Source: a virus. From it: 64,000 nucleotides of DNA. A program made the position numbers and the translations under genes. The notes under the pieces are model-generated. The model was not told where the DNA came from. It searched no databases and saw nothing but the letters and a program-made list of their open reading frames with translations. Below, one piece after another: positions 8,461 through 16,377 of the stretch (positions within the stretch are counted from its first letter, which is position 1; each line of letters opens with the position of its first letter). Location of the stretch: IMG/VR virus record IMGVR_UViG_3300028127_000003. The stretch is one strand, 5' to 3'.

Positions 8461-8703
8461 TTAATTTTTTTGGTTGCTTGATTTAAATCTAAAATCAGAA
8501 GGAGAGAAGTTGTGTTTGGTTTTTCTACCCTTAACTCTTTTTCTCCACATCTTAAATGAAGATTCTTTCATGTTAGATCTCATTATTTTTCTAACATCAT
8601 TTTCTTTAATACCAAATTGAAATTCTATGGCGCTAAATGGAGTTCTGTCTTCCCATGCCATTTCTATTATTCTGTTAATTTCTTCTTTATTAAATTCTTT
8701 CAT
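8461..8703 (-). CDS. TIGR03643/DUF2805-family protein
   Basis: RIIEMAWEDRTPF.AI..QFG..E..V...MR...K.SSF..WRKRV.GR.TKH. Confidence 0.85.
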   Translation of the reverse strand: MKEFNKEEINRIIEMAWEDRTPFSAIEFQFGIKENDVRKIMRSNMKESSFKMWRKRVKGRKTKHNFSPSDFRFKSSNQKN

Positions 8704-8712
8704 ATTAAAGGG

Positions 8713-8786
8713 TACTCTCGACGGGACTTGAACCCGTAACCTTGACCGTATAAGGATCCTGCTCTAACCGATTGAGCTACAAGAGT
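8713..8786 (-). tRNA. tRNA-Ile(UAU)
   Basis: Acceptor ACTCTTG/CGAGAGT, D arm GCTC/GAGC, anticodon loop CT-TAT-AC, T arm ACGGG-TTCAAGT-CCCGT; no encoded CCA. Confidence 0.85.
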
Positions 8787-8795
8787 ATATATTCG

Positions 8796-8868
8796 TGATC
8801 CCTCAGGGGCTCGAACCCTGGACCCTCACATTAAAAGTGTGATGCTCTACCAACTGAGCTAAGAGATC
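8796..8868 (-). tRNA. tRNA-Lys(UUU)
   Basis: TCACA-CTTTTAA-TGTGA anticodon arm; full cloverleaf. Confidence 0.92.
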
Positions 8869-8872
8869 ATTG

Positions 8873-8946
8873 TGAACCAGGTAGGATTCGAACCTACGAC
8901 CGTCGCCTTAGAAGGGCGATGCTCTATCCAGCTGAGCTACTAGTCC
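8873..8946 (-). tRNA. tRNA-Arg(UCU)
   Basis: TCGCC-CTTCTAA-GGCGA anticodon arm; full cloverleaf. Confidence 0.92.
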
Positions 8947-8980
8947 ATTCGTTAAGTTTAATTTGATTTGTGAATTATAA

Positions 8981-9094
8981 AGAAAAGAAGCTACCCTTAA
9001 GCGCGAGACTCGTCAGTCTCCTTGTTAGAATTTGATACGCTGTTTCGGCCGGACCATAGTGTATATGGAGTTTACCTTTATCTCTTGCTTTTCT
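8981..9094 (-). ncRNA. Unclassified structured RNA candidate inside the tRNA cluster
   Basis: Closing helix AGAAAAG(C)AAG/CTTCTTTTCT, hairpins CCATA/TATGG and GAGACT-GACG-AGTCTC, helix AGCG/CGCT; GC-richer than its flanks. Confidence 0.55.
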
Positions 9095-9100
9095 ATGTTG

Positions 9101-9186
9101 TACTCGAGGCGGGACTTGAACCCGCACGAACATTACTGCTCAATGGATTTTAAGTCCATCGTGTCTACCAATTCCACCACTCGAGC
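9101..9186 (-). tRNA. tRNA-Leu(UAA)
   Basis: ATGGA-CTTAAAA-TCCAT anticodon arm, long variable arm. Confidence 0.92.
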
Positions 9187-9208
9187 ATTTAGTACTTACA
9201 ACCTATAA

Positions 9209-9218
9209 TTCAAAGAAC
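9209..9218 (-). promoter_or_regulatory. boxA-like element (GTTCTTTGAA)
   Basis: About 23 nt upstream of tRNA-Leu, the first RNA of the cluster. Confidence 0.5.
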
Positions 9219-9320
9219 GTTCCACAAACGAGGCTTCTTTAAACCTCTAAACCAAATTGGAATAGTTTTTTCTATAATCCACATTTTCAATTTGATTTTC
9301 AATTTGTTCATGTTACTGTA

Positions 9321-9349
9321 TTTATATCAGGGAGGGTGTGTTTGTTTCA
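9321..9349 (-). promoter_or_regulatory. TGAAAC-N17-TATAAA promoter driving the tRNA cluster
   Basis: Same motif and spacing as the other copies. Confidence 0.7.
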
Positions 9350-9358
9350 CTGTTTAGC

Positions 9359-9391
9359 AAAAAAAAAGTGAGAATAAATCTCACTTTCTTT
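9359..9391 (-). terminator. Intrinsic terminator
   Basis: AAAGTGAGA/TCTCACTTT stem followed by a T9 run on the minus strand. Confidence 0.7.
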
Positions 9392-9420
9392 AATGTTAAA
9401 TAATAGCTATATTATTTGTC

Positions 9421-9969
9421 CTATCTTCTGAATGGATCTTCGTCGCCTGAGCCTGGTTCGCTTGGTTCACTTGGTCCTGGATTCAAACCTGGATCGTTCG
9501 GTCCTTCTCCAATACCTTCACATGAATTAATCGATGTAACTCTTCCACCTGAAACTGTTGCTATAACAATTTCTGCTTTATCGAAATCTTCAACACCTTG
9601 TATTTTAATGTGAGCAGTCCCGGTCAACGAGCCGGATTGATTTGTGTAAATATAATTTCCAACTAACGGTAATTTACCGGTTCCATTATGGAAGTAGAAG
9701 AATTTCATATCTTCTAAACATACATCAAACCATTTAACACGTGTGGAAACTTCTGAACTTCCCATAAGATTTTTAAGACTTGAGTAGGAATGGTCATAAG
9801 CAAAGAACTCAGACATAGCATGTGGCTGTGATTCATTCGGTTTACTTGGACTCTGATCATTTAGAGTTGAATGAGTTGATAAACCACCCAAACTAACGTT
9901 TGAATTAATTTGTCCCATTTCTGCGGTAATATTTGAAAGGCTAATTTGCCCACCTATTTGTAATGCCAT
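9421..9969 (-). CDS. Hypothetical, possibly virion-associated protein with Pro-rich tail
   Basis: N-terminal MAL..GG.ISLS.I..E...PH.MSEF..Y motif recalled from phage tail-associated proteins; GATAAATA upstream. Confidence 0.55.
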   Translation of the reverse strand: MALQIGGQISLSNITAEMGQINSNVSLGGLSTHSTLNDQSPSKPNESQPHAMSEFFAYDHSYSSLKNLMGSSEVSTRVKWFDVCLEDMKFFYFHNGTGKLPLVGNYIYTNQSGSLTGTAHIKIQGVEDFDKAEIVIATVSGGRVTSINSCEGIGEGPNDPGLNPGPSEPSEPGSGDEDPFRR

Positions 9970-10056
9970 ATTAAAAATTATGATTTTTTTAAAATTGTTA
10001 TAGAGTATTTATCTGTTTTACTCTTGGATAATTACCATTTATTGATTATTATCTTA

Positions 10057-10236
10057 CTATTTTTCAATAATACTTTGAATACCTGTAAATACAGTCCCAA
10101 ACCCTAAAACTGTCCAGAATTCAGGGTCTCCAATATAGGCAAAAGATGCAAAAATCCATAAAAATCCCATTAATCTGAAATATTGGTTTGACAATCCTCT
10201 TACAATGCTTTTTAAAATACTTAAAACTTTTTTCAT
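10057..10236 (-). CDS. Small membrane protein (59 aa)
   Basis: Own translation MKKVLSILKSIVRGLSNQYFRLMGFLWIFASFAYIGDPEFWTVLGFGTVFTGIQSIIEK. Confidence 0.55.
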   Translation of the reverse strand: MKKVLSILKSIVRGLSNQYFRLMGFLWIFASFAYIGDPEFWTVLGFGTVFTGIQSIIEK

Positions 10237-10241
10237 ATAAA

Positions 10242-10601
10242 TTATTTAGAAATTATTAATTCTTCTTTCTTTGCCTTAATGTGTTTACAAGGACCTCGAA
10301 AGAAATTACTTGCGGGACAATCACAACTCCAATCTTTACCATTAAATTGAACATTGTAATATGACTTACCGTTACTAGATAATACCTTAAAGGTTTTAGT
10401 TTGTTTCACTTGATTTGTGACTAACTTTTTAACAGGTTTGTTAATAACTGGAGCGTCTTCAGGTTCTACTAAGATTATCTGCTCTCGTGTAGTTCCAGGT
10501 TCAACGGGATGCCATCCAGGGCACACATAAGTTCCACTTAAGGTTTTAACTATCGCAAAATCTCGGAATGGAGGTTGTCTTTGGATTTTATATGTTTTCA
10601 T
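10242..10601 (-). CDS. SWIM zinc-finger protein
   Basis: Y.V...WSCDCP......PCKHI. Confidence 0.8.
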   Translation of the reverse strand: MKTYKIQRQPPFRDFAIVKTLSGTYVCPGWHPVEPGTTREQIILVEPEDAPVINKPVKKLVTNQVKQTKTFKVLSSNGKSYYNVQFNGKDWSCDCPASNFFRGPCKHIKAKKEELIISK

Positions 10602-10888
10602 TATATAGAGTATGCTTTAATTCTGTCCATCTGCTTTTTTATATAGACACAAGATTCAGAAAATGCATCTACTTCAGGATATTTAAATCCTAACCATAGA
10701 GTTTCAATGTTTGCAGGGCCTGCACCTCCAATAATATTGTCGATCCATTCACAAAAAGAATAAAGCTCATTAGCTTCATCGCTATATAGGCTTTCTTCAA
10801 TATAGTAATATCCTTCTGTAAAGGATCCTATTGTTTTTGCTCCGTTTAAAAGTAATTCTTTGTTTCTGTTTGAAAGTTCTGTGTACAT
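10601..10888 (-). CDS. Hypothetical protein
   Basis: Directly downstream of early repeat copy 2. Confidence 0.7.
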   Translation of the reverse strand: MYTELSNRNKELLLNGAKTIGSFTEGYYYIEESLYSDEANELYSFCEWIDNIIGGAGPANIETLWLGFKYPEVDAFSESCVYIKKQMDRIKAYSI

Positions 10889-10907
10889 GGTTTGTTTCTT
10901 TTATTAA

Positions 10908-10972
10908 TTATTACTCTACTAATATAAGCAAAAATTCTGAGATAAAAAAACTTTTAGCTGTTTATTTTCAAA
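10908..10972 (-). promoter_or_regulatory. Early-type promoter repeat, copy 2
   Basis: Same 32-bp core. Confidence 0.75.
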
Positions 10973-10983
10973 AAAAATGAAAT

Positions 10984-11349
10984 TTATTCACACATACCGT
11001 AGTTTGATAAAAAGGTAAGAAGATCCTCTGCTCCTACTATTCCATCTCCATCAAAATCACCTTCACATTCAGTTTCTGGTTGAATACAGGAAGCGTAATT
11101 GGGGTGTTCATTCGCCAAAGGAAATACAAATCCATCCCCATTTAAAACAAAAGCGGTGCCAATATCTGCACAAAAGATTATAGTATATCCTCCAGCGGGA
11201 AGACCAAAGTAATGATTCCATCCATCACAGTCTTGATATTGGAAGTTAGTCCATTTCTCAGCTCCGACTGAGGAAAAAACATGTTGATTGCATTGTGCTA
11301 CTGTGTAAAATGGTAAAAGAAATAATAAGGAAATAAGTAATGATTTCAT
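10984..11349 (-). CDS. Secreted protein with C-terminal EF-hand/dockerin-like loop
   Basis: Signal peptide MKSLLISLLFLLPFYTVAQ; GDFDGDGIVGAEDLLTFLSNYG. Confidence 0.7.
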   Translation of the reverse strand: MKSLLISLLFLLPFYTVAQCNQHVFSSVGAEKWTNFQYQDCDGWNHYFGLPAGGYTIIFCADIGTAFVLNGDGFVFPLANEHPNYASCIQPETECEGDFDGDGIVGAEDLLTFLSNYGMCE

Positions 11350-11350
11350 G

Positions 11351-12628
11351 TTATCTAAATATTGTTATATGTCCGTGTCTTTGAAAGATTTCGGTTGAGT
11401 TTAATTTTCTTGCGTAGAACGTATATGTGTAAACGCCATCAGATGCATAGTGATTACCACCATTTACACTTCCATCCCAATAAGGATATGAATCGTAATA
11501 ATCACCCATACCTGAATAGATCATGTCACCCCATCTATTAAATATTTTAAATTCTACATCGACCCAACATTCTAAATCATAAACCATTTGCCATGTATCA
11601 TTTAAACCATCATTATTTGGTGTAAATGTATTTGGAAGATAAACTGAAGTCCAATCTGGGCAAGTTAATCCAGGATCATCAATACATTCTAATCCAGTTT
11701 CACAATCAATAGAAATATACTCATAAACCGTATCTGTTAAGAATTCATATACAATAACTTCAACTGTATCGACAGTTGTAATAAAAAGAGTGTCAGTAAC
11801 ATATTCTGTAATGTACTCAATTTCAGTAATAGTATCGGTGATAAAAACCTCAACGAAAACTTCAACATCAACGTATACCGTGTCAATGGTTTCTACATAA
11901 AGAGTATCAGTAATAAAATTGTCTACATATTCAATAATAGTATTAGTTACATAAAGGGTATCGATAGTTTCTATGTAAATCGTATCAGTAATGTATTCGA
12001 TTATAGTGTCAGGTACACAAGGATCGTAGCAAACAGCTATTCTATTATCATCTATATTAATATCAGGATATGTCTGTGTCTGATTAAAACTATTGCCAAC
12101 AGTCCATCCATTATCTGGAAAATCATCATAACCTGCCGTTTGTGATAAATTAATTTGCCAAATTACTACTTCCCAACAATATCCCTCAAGAGGTGTGGCT
12201 AAAATACATTCCCAAGCAAATGGTGGATTTATATTAATAGTAACAACATCGCCAGTTTCCCAACCACCCCAATTTGTAACATTAGTATATGACCAACCTG
12301 GATGAAATGTTGTAGAAGTACAATCTGTGTTTTCTCCTAAGTCTTCTCCAGTGATTTCATTTACATAATGAATACCAAAAACAAGATGAGATACATTTTC
12401 ATTATTATTTACGGAACTAGACCCATTGCCATCGCAAGTATTTCCATCGTATTGAGTAAATTCATTACATCCACAATTTTCTGCATTAACAAATTCAATT
12501 ACAAAAGAATGGTCATCTTCTGTTGTGGCAGGTGGTGTTTGACTTATGAGTGTTAAATCACAGGTTTGCGCATAGGCGCTAGTAACTAGGAAAAGCCCCA
12601 GAAAGGCTATCATTGAGTATTTCAGCAT
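11351..12628 (-). CDS. Secreted protein with gliding-motility-associated C-terminal (T9SS type B, CHU_C) domain
   Basis: Signal peptide; C-terminus YLPNTFTPNNDGLNDTW...IFNRWG..IY...WDG...GVYTY...GHITIFR. Confidence 0.88.
   Translation of the reverse strand: MLKYSMIAFLGLFLVTSAYAQTCDLTLISQTPPATTEDDHSFVIEFVNAENCGCNEFTQYDGNTCDGNGSSSVNNNENVSHLVFGIHYVNEITGEDLGENTDCTSTTFHPGWSYTNVTNWGGWETGDVVTININPPFAWECILATPLEGYCWEVVIWQINLSQTAGYDDFPDNGWTVGNSFNQTQTYPDINIDDNRIAVCYDPCVPDTIIEYITDTIYIETIDTLYVTNTIIEYVDNFITDTLYVETIDTVYVDVEVFVEVFITDTITEIEYITEYVTDTLFITTVDTVEVIVYEFLTDTVYEYISIDCETGLECIDDPGLTCPDWTSVYLPNTFTPNNDGLNDTWQMVYDLECWVDVEFKIFNRWGDMIYSGMGDYYDSYPYWDGSVNGGNHYASDGVYTYTFYARKLNSTEIFQRHGHITIFR
11715..12020 (-). 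repeat. Degenerate TDT(I/L/V)Y-type repeats forming a stalk in the T9SS cargo (approximate bounds)
   Basis: ITDTIYIETIDTLYV...ITDTLYVETIDTVYV...ITDTITEIEY...VTDTLFITTVDTV...LTDTVYEY. Confidence 0.65.
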
Positions 12629-12719
12629 TTGTAAAAAAAGTGTTTAATAGATTTCTGCCCAAGAAGTTAAATGTCAGCGTTCTGACGTGGGCTTAGGTTA
12701 TATATCTGATATATACTAT

Positions 12720-13097
12720 ATGAAAACACCGATTATTAAATATAGTGACAGATTTTTAAACGCAGTAAGCTGGTTTATGTCAATTGGAGGAATTACCCTT
12801 TGGCCCTTTATCGTTCTAAGAGAAAAGTATGATTCTGGTAAATGGTGGAGAGGAAGAGCGAAGAGGATTATTAATCATGAATCTATACATATAAAGCAGC
12901 AGGAAGAACTTTTAGTGATTCCTTTCTATATTCTATATGTTACTGAATGGTTTATAAAATTGTTCATCTATGGAACCGGAGCATACCGTAACATCTCATT
13001 TGAAAGAGAAGCGTATGCCAATGAAAAGAATTATAAATACTTAGAATCCAGAAAAAGATATAACTGGATTAAGCTTATATTTAAGCGTGAGGTATAA
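12720..13097 (+). CDS. HExxH-motif membrane protein
   Basis: INHESIHIKQQ.ELL..PFY..Y...AYRNISFEREAY; start MKTP follows GATATATA at 12708. Confidence 0.7.
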   Translation: MKTPIIKYSDRFLNAVSWFMSIGGITLWPFIVLREKYDSGKWWRGRAKRIINHESIHIKQQEELLVIPFYILYVTEWFIKLFIYGTGAYRNISFEREAYANEKNYKYLESRKRYNWIKLIFKREV

Positions 13098-13638
13098 GAT
13101 AGTCTAAAGTAGCCTTCCAATCTGGCCATTTTTCTGTTCCAAAATGAATATGTTCTCCTGTAAATTGACCAGCTCCGTTTGCAGTTCTATCATCGATTAA
13201 AAAGTCTCCAACATTTAAATGTTTGTTGTGAGAAAGAATTAATCTTTTATATGCATTTTTTCCTAGATGCTTTTCAACCCATAGTCTTTTGTGCATTAAA
13301 GCTTCAGGATTATCCCAAGGTGCAGTTGATAGAATATACACATCGAATAAAGAACAAAGAATGTTAAAGGCTTCAATCGCACCTTCCATTGGAGGAGGAT
13401 CGAGGAAAAGAGCAGGTAATTTATCAATATCGTTTCCTAGAGATTTTACAACGTCTTCAGGATATTCTCTGAGTTTTGCATGTAAATCTACTAAGACGCC
13501 ATCCATATCCACGTAAACTATCTTCTTGCTTTTTTTAGAAGAAGAACATAGTACAGAAAATAGAGTATCGATTGCTTTCTCAGTTGTACTTTGAGGAGCT
13601 GATTCTAATTTTTCTATTGATGTTTCTTGATGATTCAT
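13081..13638 (-). CDS. 5'(3')-deoxyribonucleotidase (NT5C-type HAD)
   Basis: YVDMDGVL.D, YILSTAPW, K..W..KH, GDFLIDD. Confidence 0.88.
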   Translation of the reverse strand: MNHQETSIEKLESAPQSTTEKAIDTLFSVLCSSSKKSKKIVYVDMDGVLVDLHAKLREYPEDVVKSLGNDIDKLPALFLDPPPMEGAIEAFNILCSLFDVYILSTAPWDNPEALMHKRLWVEKHLGKNAYKRLILSHNKHLNVGDFLIDDRTANGAGQFTGEHIHFGTEKWPDWKATLDYLIPHA

Positions 13639-13650
13639 TACTTGTTTAAT

Positions 13651-13714
13651 TAATTACTTATCTAATATAAGCAAAATTTCTGAGATAAAAAAACTTTTTA
13701 CTGTTTATTTTCAA
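13651..13714 (-). promoter_or_regulatory. Early-type promoter repeat, copy 3
   Basis: Same core. Confidence 0.75.
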
Positions 13715-13838
13715 TATCTTTTCTTTTTTTGCTTGCTAGCGATTTTTCAACGTCTTTCATTTTAGGCAATTTACCCTTCCTAGGACGATCTTCGTAAAAT
13801 TCTTCGTCCCATTCGTCAATTTGATTACGCCAATTCAT
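13698..13838 (-). CDS. Small hypothetical protein (46 aa)
   Basis: Own translation MNWRNQIDEWDEEFYEDRPRKGKLPKMKDVEKSLASKKRKDIENKQ. Confidence 0.4.
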   Translation of the reverse strand: MNWRNQIDEWDEEFYEDRPRKGKLPKMKDVEKSLASKKRKDIENKQ

Positions 13839-14037
13839 GTTTTTTAATTTTATGCTTATCTTTATACCACTTAATAAAACTTGATCCCATTCCTAACTCT
13901 ACGATTTCATATTCATTCGGAATCAGAGGCTTTCTTGCTTTCGCATTTATTATCCTGTCCGGTGTTGCTTCGTTTTCGAATACCGTCATGTATAATTTCT
14001 TTGCCGTCTTGCTCTTCTTGTAAACTACTACTATCAT
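13825..14037 (-). CDS. Hypothetical protein
   Basis: ORF track. Confidence 0.55.
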   Translation of the reverse strand: MIVVVYKKSKTAKKLYMTVFENEATPDRIINAKARKPLIPNEYEIVELGMGSSFIKWYKDKHKIKKHELA

Positions 14038-14132
14038 CTTTTTCTACGTTAGGTTTAAATTCGTCCCAATAACAGAACACAAACTCTGGGTCATTCTTCT
14101 TTCCTTCTTGCATGTTGTGCTTCCTTTCATAT

Positions 14133-14732
14133 TTATTTTTCTACAGCTTCAACGATTAAAGCTTTACCTCTACGAATTCTATTTTTAATAGTCTGCAGTG
14201 GAAGTTTATATTTAGTTGCTAGTTGGTCATATTTCATATGATTTACCATTCTGTCTACTAGAATATCTCTATACATTTCTTTTAGATTTTGCATAGCTTC
14301 TAGAGTTTTAATGTATTTGTCTTGAAGAGCGTCATCTTCTTCTAGATAATCTTGTTCAGTTTTTTCTTCATGATCTAAGACTAAATCTTTTAGAGTATTT
14401 GAAACTGATCCAGTGCCACTTACTTCTACACCATATTCTGATAATTTACTCAAAGACGTAGTTTGATTTCTTTTTTTAATATAACCTAAAGAGTCGTTAA
14501 ATGCGATTCTATATAACCAAGTAGTAATTCCGTAACTTGGGTTATATTGTTCTATTTTGGTCCACATCTTAGTTAATGTGTTTACTGCAATGTCTTCTGC
14601 CATTTCACGATCTTTAACTATTTTGTAAATGTACGAAGTTAGACCTGGCTTTATCTTGTTGTAAAGAGCTGCGAAGTCTTGATCTGATCCTGTTTCTAGA
14701 AAGTTTTGAGTTAGTTGTTTGTAGGTAGCCAT
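14133..14732 (-). CDS. ECF-like sigma-70 family RNA polymerase sigma factor
   Basis: Region 2 (AEDIA..T..K.W.KI..Y......TTWLYRIA.N) and region 4 HTH (Y.QLA....LPL.TIK.RI.RGK). Confidence 0.9.
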   Translation of the reverse strand: MATYKQLTQNFLETGSDQDFAALYNKIKPGLTSYIYKIVKDREMAEDIAVNTLTKMWTKIEQYNPSYGITTWLYRIAFNDSLGYIKKRNQTTSLSKLSEYGVEVSGTGSVSNTLKDLVLDHEEKTEQDYLEEDDALQDKYIKTLEAMQNLKEMYRDILVDRMVNHMKYDQLATKYKLPLQTIKNRIRRGKALIVEAVEK

Positions 14733-14756
14733 ACGTTATATTTTTGGTTTTTAATT

Positions 14757-14818
14757 AATTACTATACTAATATAAGCAAAATATCTGAGATAAAAAAACT
14801 TTTTACTGTTTATTTTCA
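14757..14818 (-). promoter_or_regulatory. Early-type promoter repeat, copy 4 (upstream of the ECF sigma)
   Basis: Same core. Confidence 0.75.
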
Positions 14819-15333
14819 CTTTTTTTCAAATTATTTTCCTCGAACAACCCTATCAGTGATTTTATGTTAACTGGTTTATAAGACCATTGGTCACATGATA
14901 CGTTAATTATCTTTTTAGAAGGACTTGTTTTAATTTTCTTAGAAGGATGACCGCTTAATAAGTATTTACCAGGCCAAATTGAAAGAGGCCAATAAGACAT
15001 ACATGCGTCCATTTCTGGTAAAAAGTCTATTTGTCCTATTTCTTCCATCTTCTTATCTGCGTTAGGAAGCATAGAAACGTCAACAGTCGCTTTATCAAAT
15101 TCTCCTTCTATAAAATATATATGGCCATTTAATGTATTAATACAGTTCTCTACGGTGGTCGGATCCCATCCAAAATTACCTAAAACATATACTACATCTT
15201 CGGGTGAAACTGTAAGGTTCCAGTTTTCTATTAATGTTTCATTCATTTCTTCTAGCGAAGAAAAGGGCCTATCATACTTCTTGATAGCCCCAGGTCTCCC
15301 AAACTGTTGGTTTGATGTTACGAATATTTGCAT
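14803..15333 (-). CDS. Calcineurin-like metallophosphoesterase homolog, metal ligands substituted
   Basis: FVTSNQQFG, R.F.S.EEMNE.LI.NWN..V...D.VY.LGNF, IEGEFD, SYWP, LSGH. Confidence 0.75.
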   Translation of the reverse strand: MQIFVTSNQQFGRPGAIKKYDRPFSSLEEMNETLIENWNLTVSPEDVVYVLGNFGWDPTTVENCINTLNGHIYFIEGEFDKATVDVSMLPNADKKMEEIGQIDFLPEMDACMSYWPLSIWPGKYLLSGHPSKKIKTSPSKKIINVSCDQWSYKPVNIKSLIGLFEENNLKKSENKQ

Positions 15334-15343
15334 ATATGGTTTG

Positions 15344-15859
15344 TTATACTAATGTAAACTTTACGTTAAAATTATCCCAAAGGTTGTTTAAAAAATAATG
15401 TTCTGTGATTGAAGAAGATCCTCCTTTAATTCTTTTATCATCAGTTGAATCTAAAAATACACACATTACAAAATCATACGCTGTTGAGTATATCATCGAT
15501 TGTCCGATGGCTTCTCTTAAATCTGAGCCTCTATCTCCTTTAATAAATTCTATAGCAACCTTAATTCCAGCACTCTCTACGGTGAGAGTGGGCTTGTTAG
15601 TAGTTCCCATAAAATGCATGCTTCTTGCACCCGTTGTTTTACTACTATCAAATTTAATCATTGTTTTAGCTTTCTCTTTTGCAAGACCTCCGCTAAAACC
15701 TTTCTTTTCAGTAACCCATCCACTTACCTTTTCTAAAAGGCTAGGATAGGCTAATTGCTTAATCTTTTCAACAGATAGAGTCGTATCTTCGACCGTAATT
15801 CCTTCTTGAATTACGTCTAAGAGTTCTAATCTGTTTTTAGATTTACTTGCTAACTTCAT
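15344..15859 (-). CDS. Putative PD-(D/E)XK restriction-endonuclease-like fold protein
   Basis: VAIEFIK followed by helix LREAIGQSMIY (QxxxY). Confidence 0.4.
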   Translation of the reverse strand: MKLASKSKNRLELLDVIQEGITVEDTTLSVEKIKQLAYPSLLEKVSGWVTEKKGFSGGLAKEKAKTMIKFDSSKTTGARSMHFMGTTNKPTLTVESAGIKVAIEFIKGDRGSDLREAIGQSMIYSTAYDFVMCVFLDSTDDKRIKGGSSSITEHYFLNNLWDNFNVKFTLV

Positions 15860-16355
15860 CCGGTGTTACTGTTTCTACGTTATTCTCTTCTATTTCTTTT
15901 TCAACTTCAGCTAAAGAAACATGAAGAGTTTGTATTTCTTTATTTGATTCCTGCATAGTTTTCATGGCTTCACTAATATTGAAACCTACCTGTGTAAGAA
16001 GAGTTGTAAATGCTTTTGCCTGAGATACGCCTGTTCCTTCAAGTGTTGTCAGAGCACTGTATAGTGTATTAAGTGGAACTGTTTTTAGGGCTACTATTGC
16101 ATCGCCACCTTCTTTTGAAATTCTAGTTTTTTCAGCCTTTAGAGCTTCGTGAAGATTAATTAAAAGAGCAGCATTCTTAACTGTCCATTTGTAATTTTTA
16201 TCTAGATGAGATAATGTTTTGTTAATATTAGCGTTACTTACGAAATCAACATCATAGGTTTTATTAGTCATATCCTTTGAAGTCGCATCAATTTCTTTGA
16301 TAAGTTCGTCTCTCTTTGTTTCTAGTTGTGATAAGTTCATCTTTAAATCTGCCAT
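15843..16355 (-). CDS. Hypothetical coiled-coil protein
   Basis: ORF track. Confidence 0.65.
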   Translation of the reverse strand: MADLKMNLSQLETKRDELIKEIDATSKDMTNKTYDVDFVSNANINKTLSHLDKNYKWTVKNAALLINLHEALKAEKTRISKEGGDAIVALKTVPLNTLYSALTTLEGTGVSQAKAFTTLLTQVGFNISEAMKTMQESNKEIQTLHVSLAEVEKEIEENNVETVTPDEVSK

Positions 16356-16377
16356 CTTATTATTATTTATTGTTGTT

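Noticed and set aside
8981-9094. Hammerhead ribozyme or c-di-GMP-I riboswitch assignment
   Set aside because: CTGACGA and GAAAC are present but stem II cannot form, and the GEMM P2 GAAA hairpin and ACGCAAAGC junction are missing. Left unclassified.
13913-14113. Alternative-frame ORF overlapping 13825-14037
   Set aside because: Overlaps a better ORF by about 125 nt; I cannot tell which short frame fills 14040-14130.
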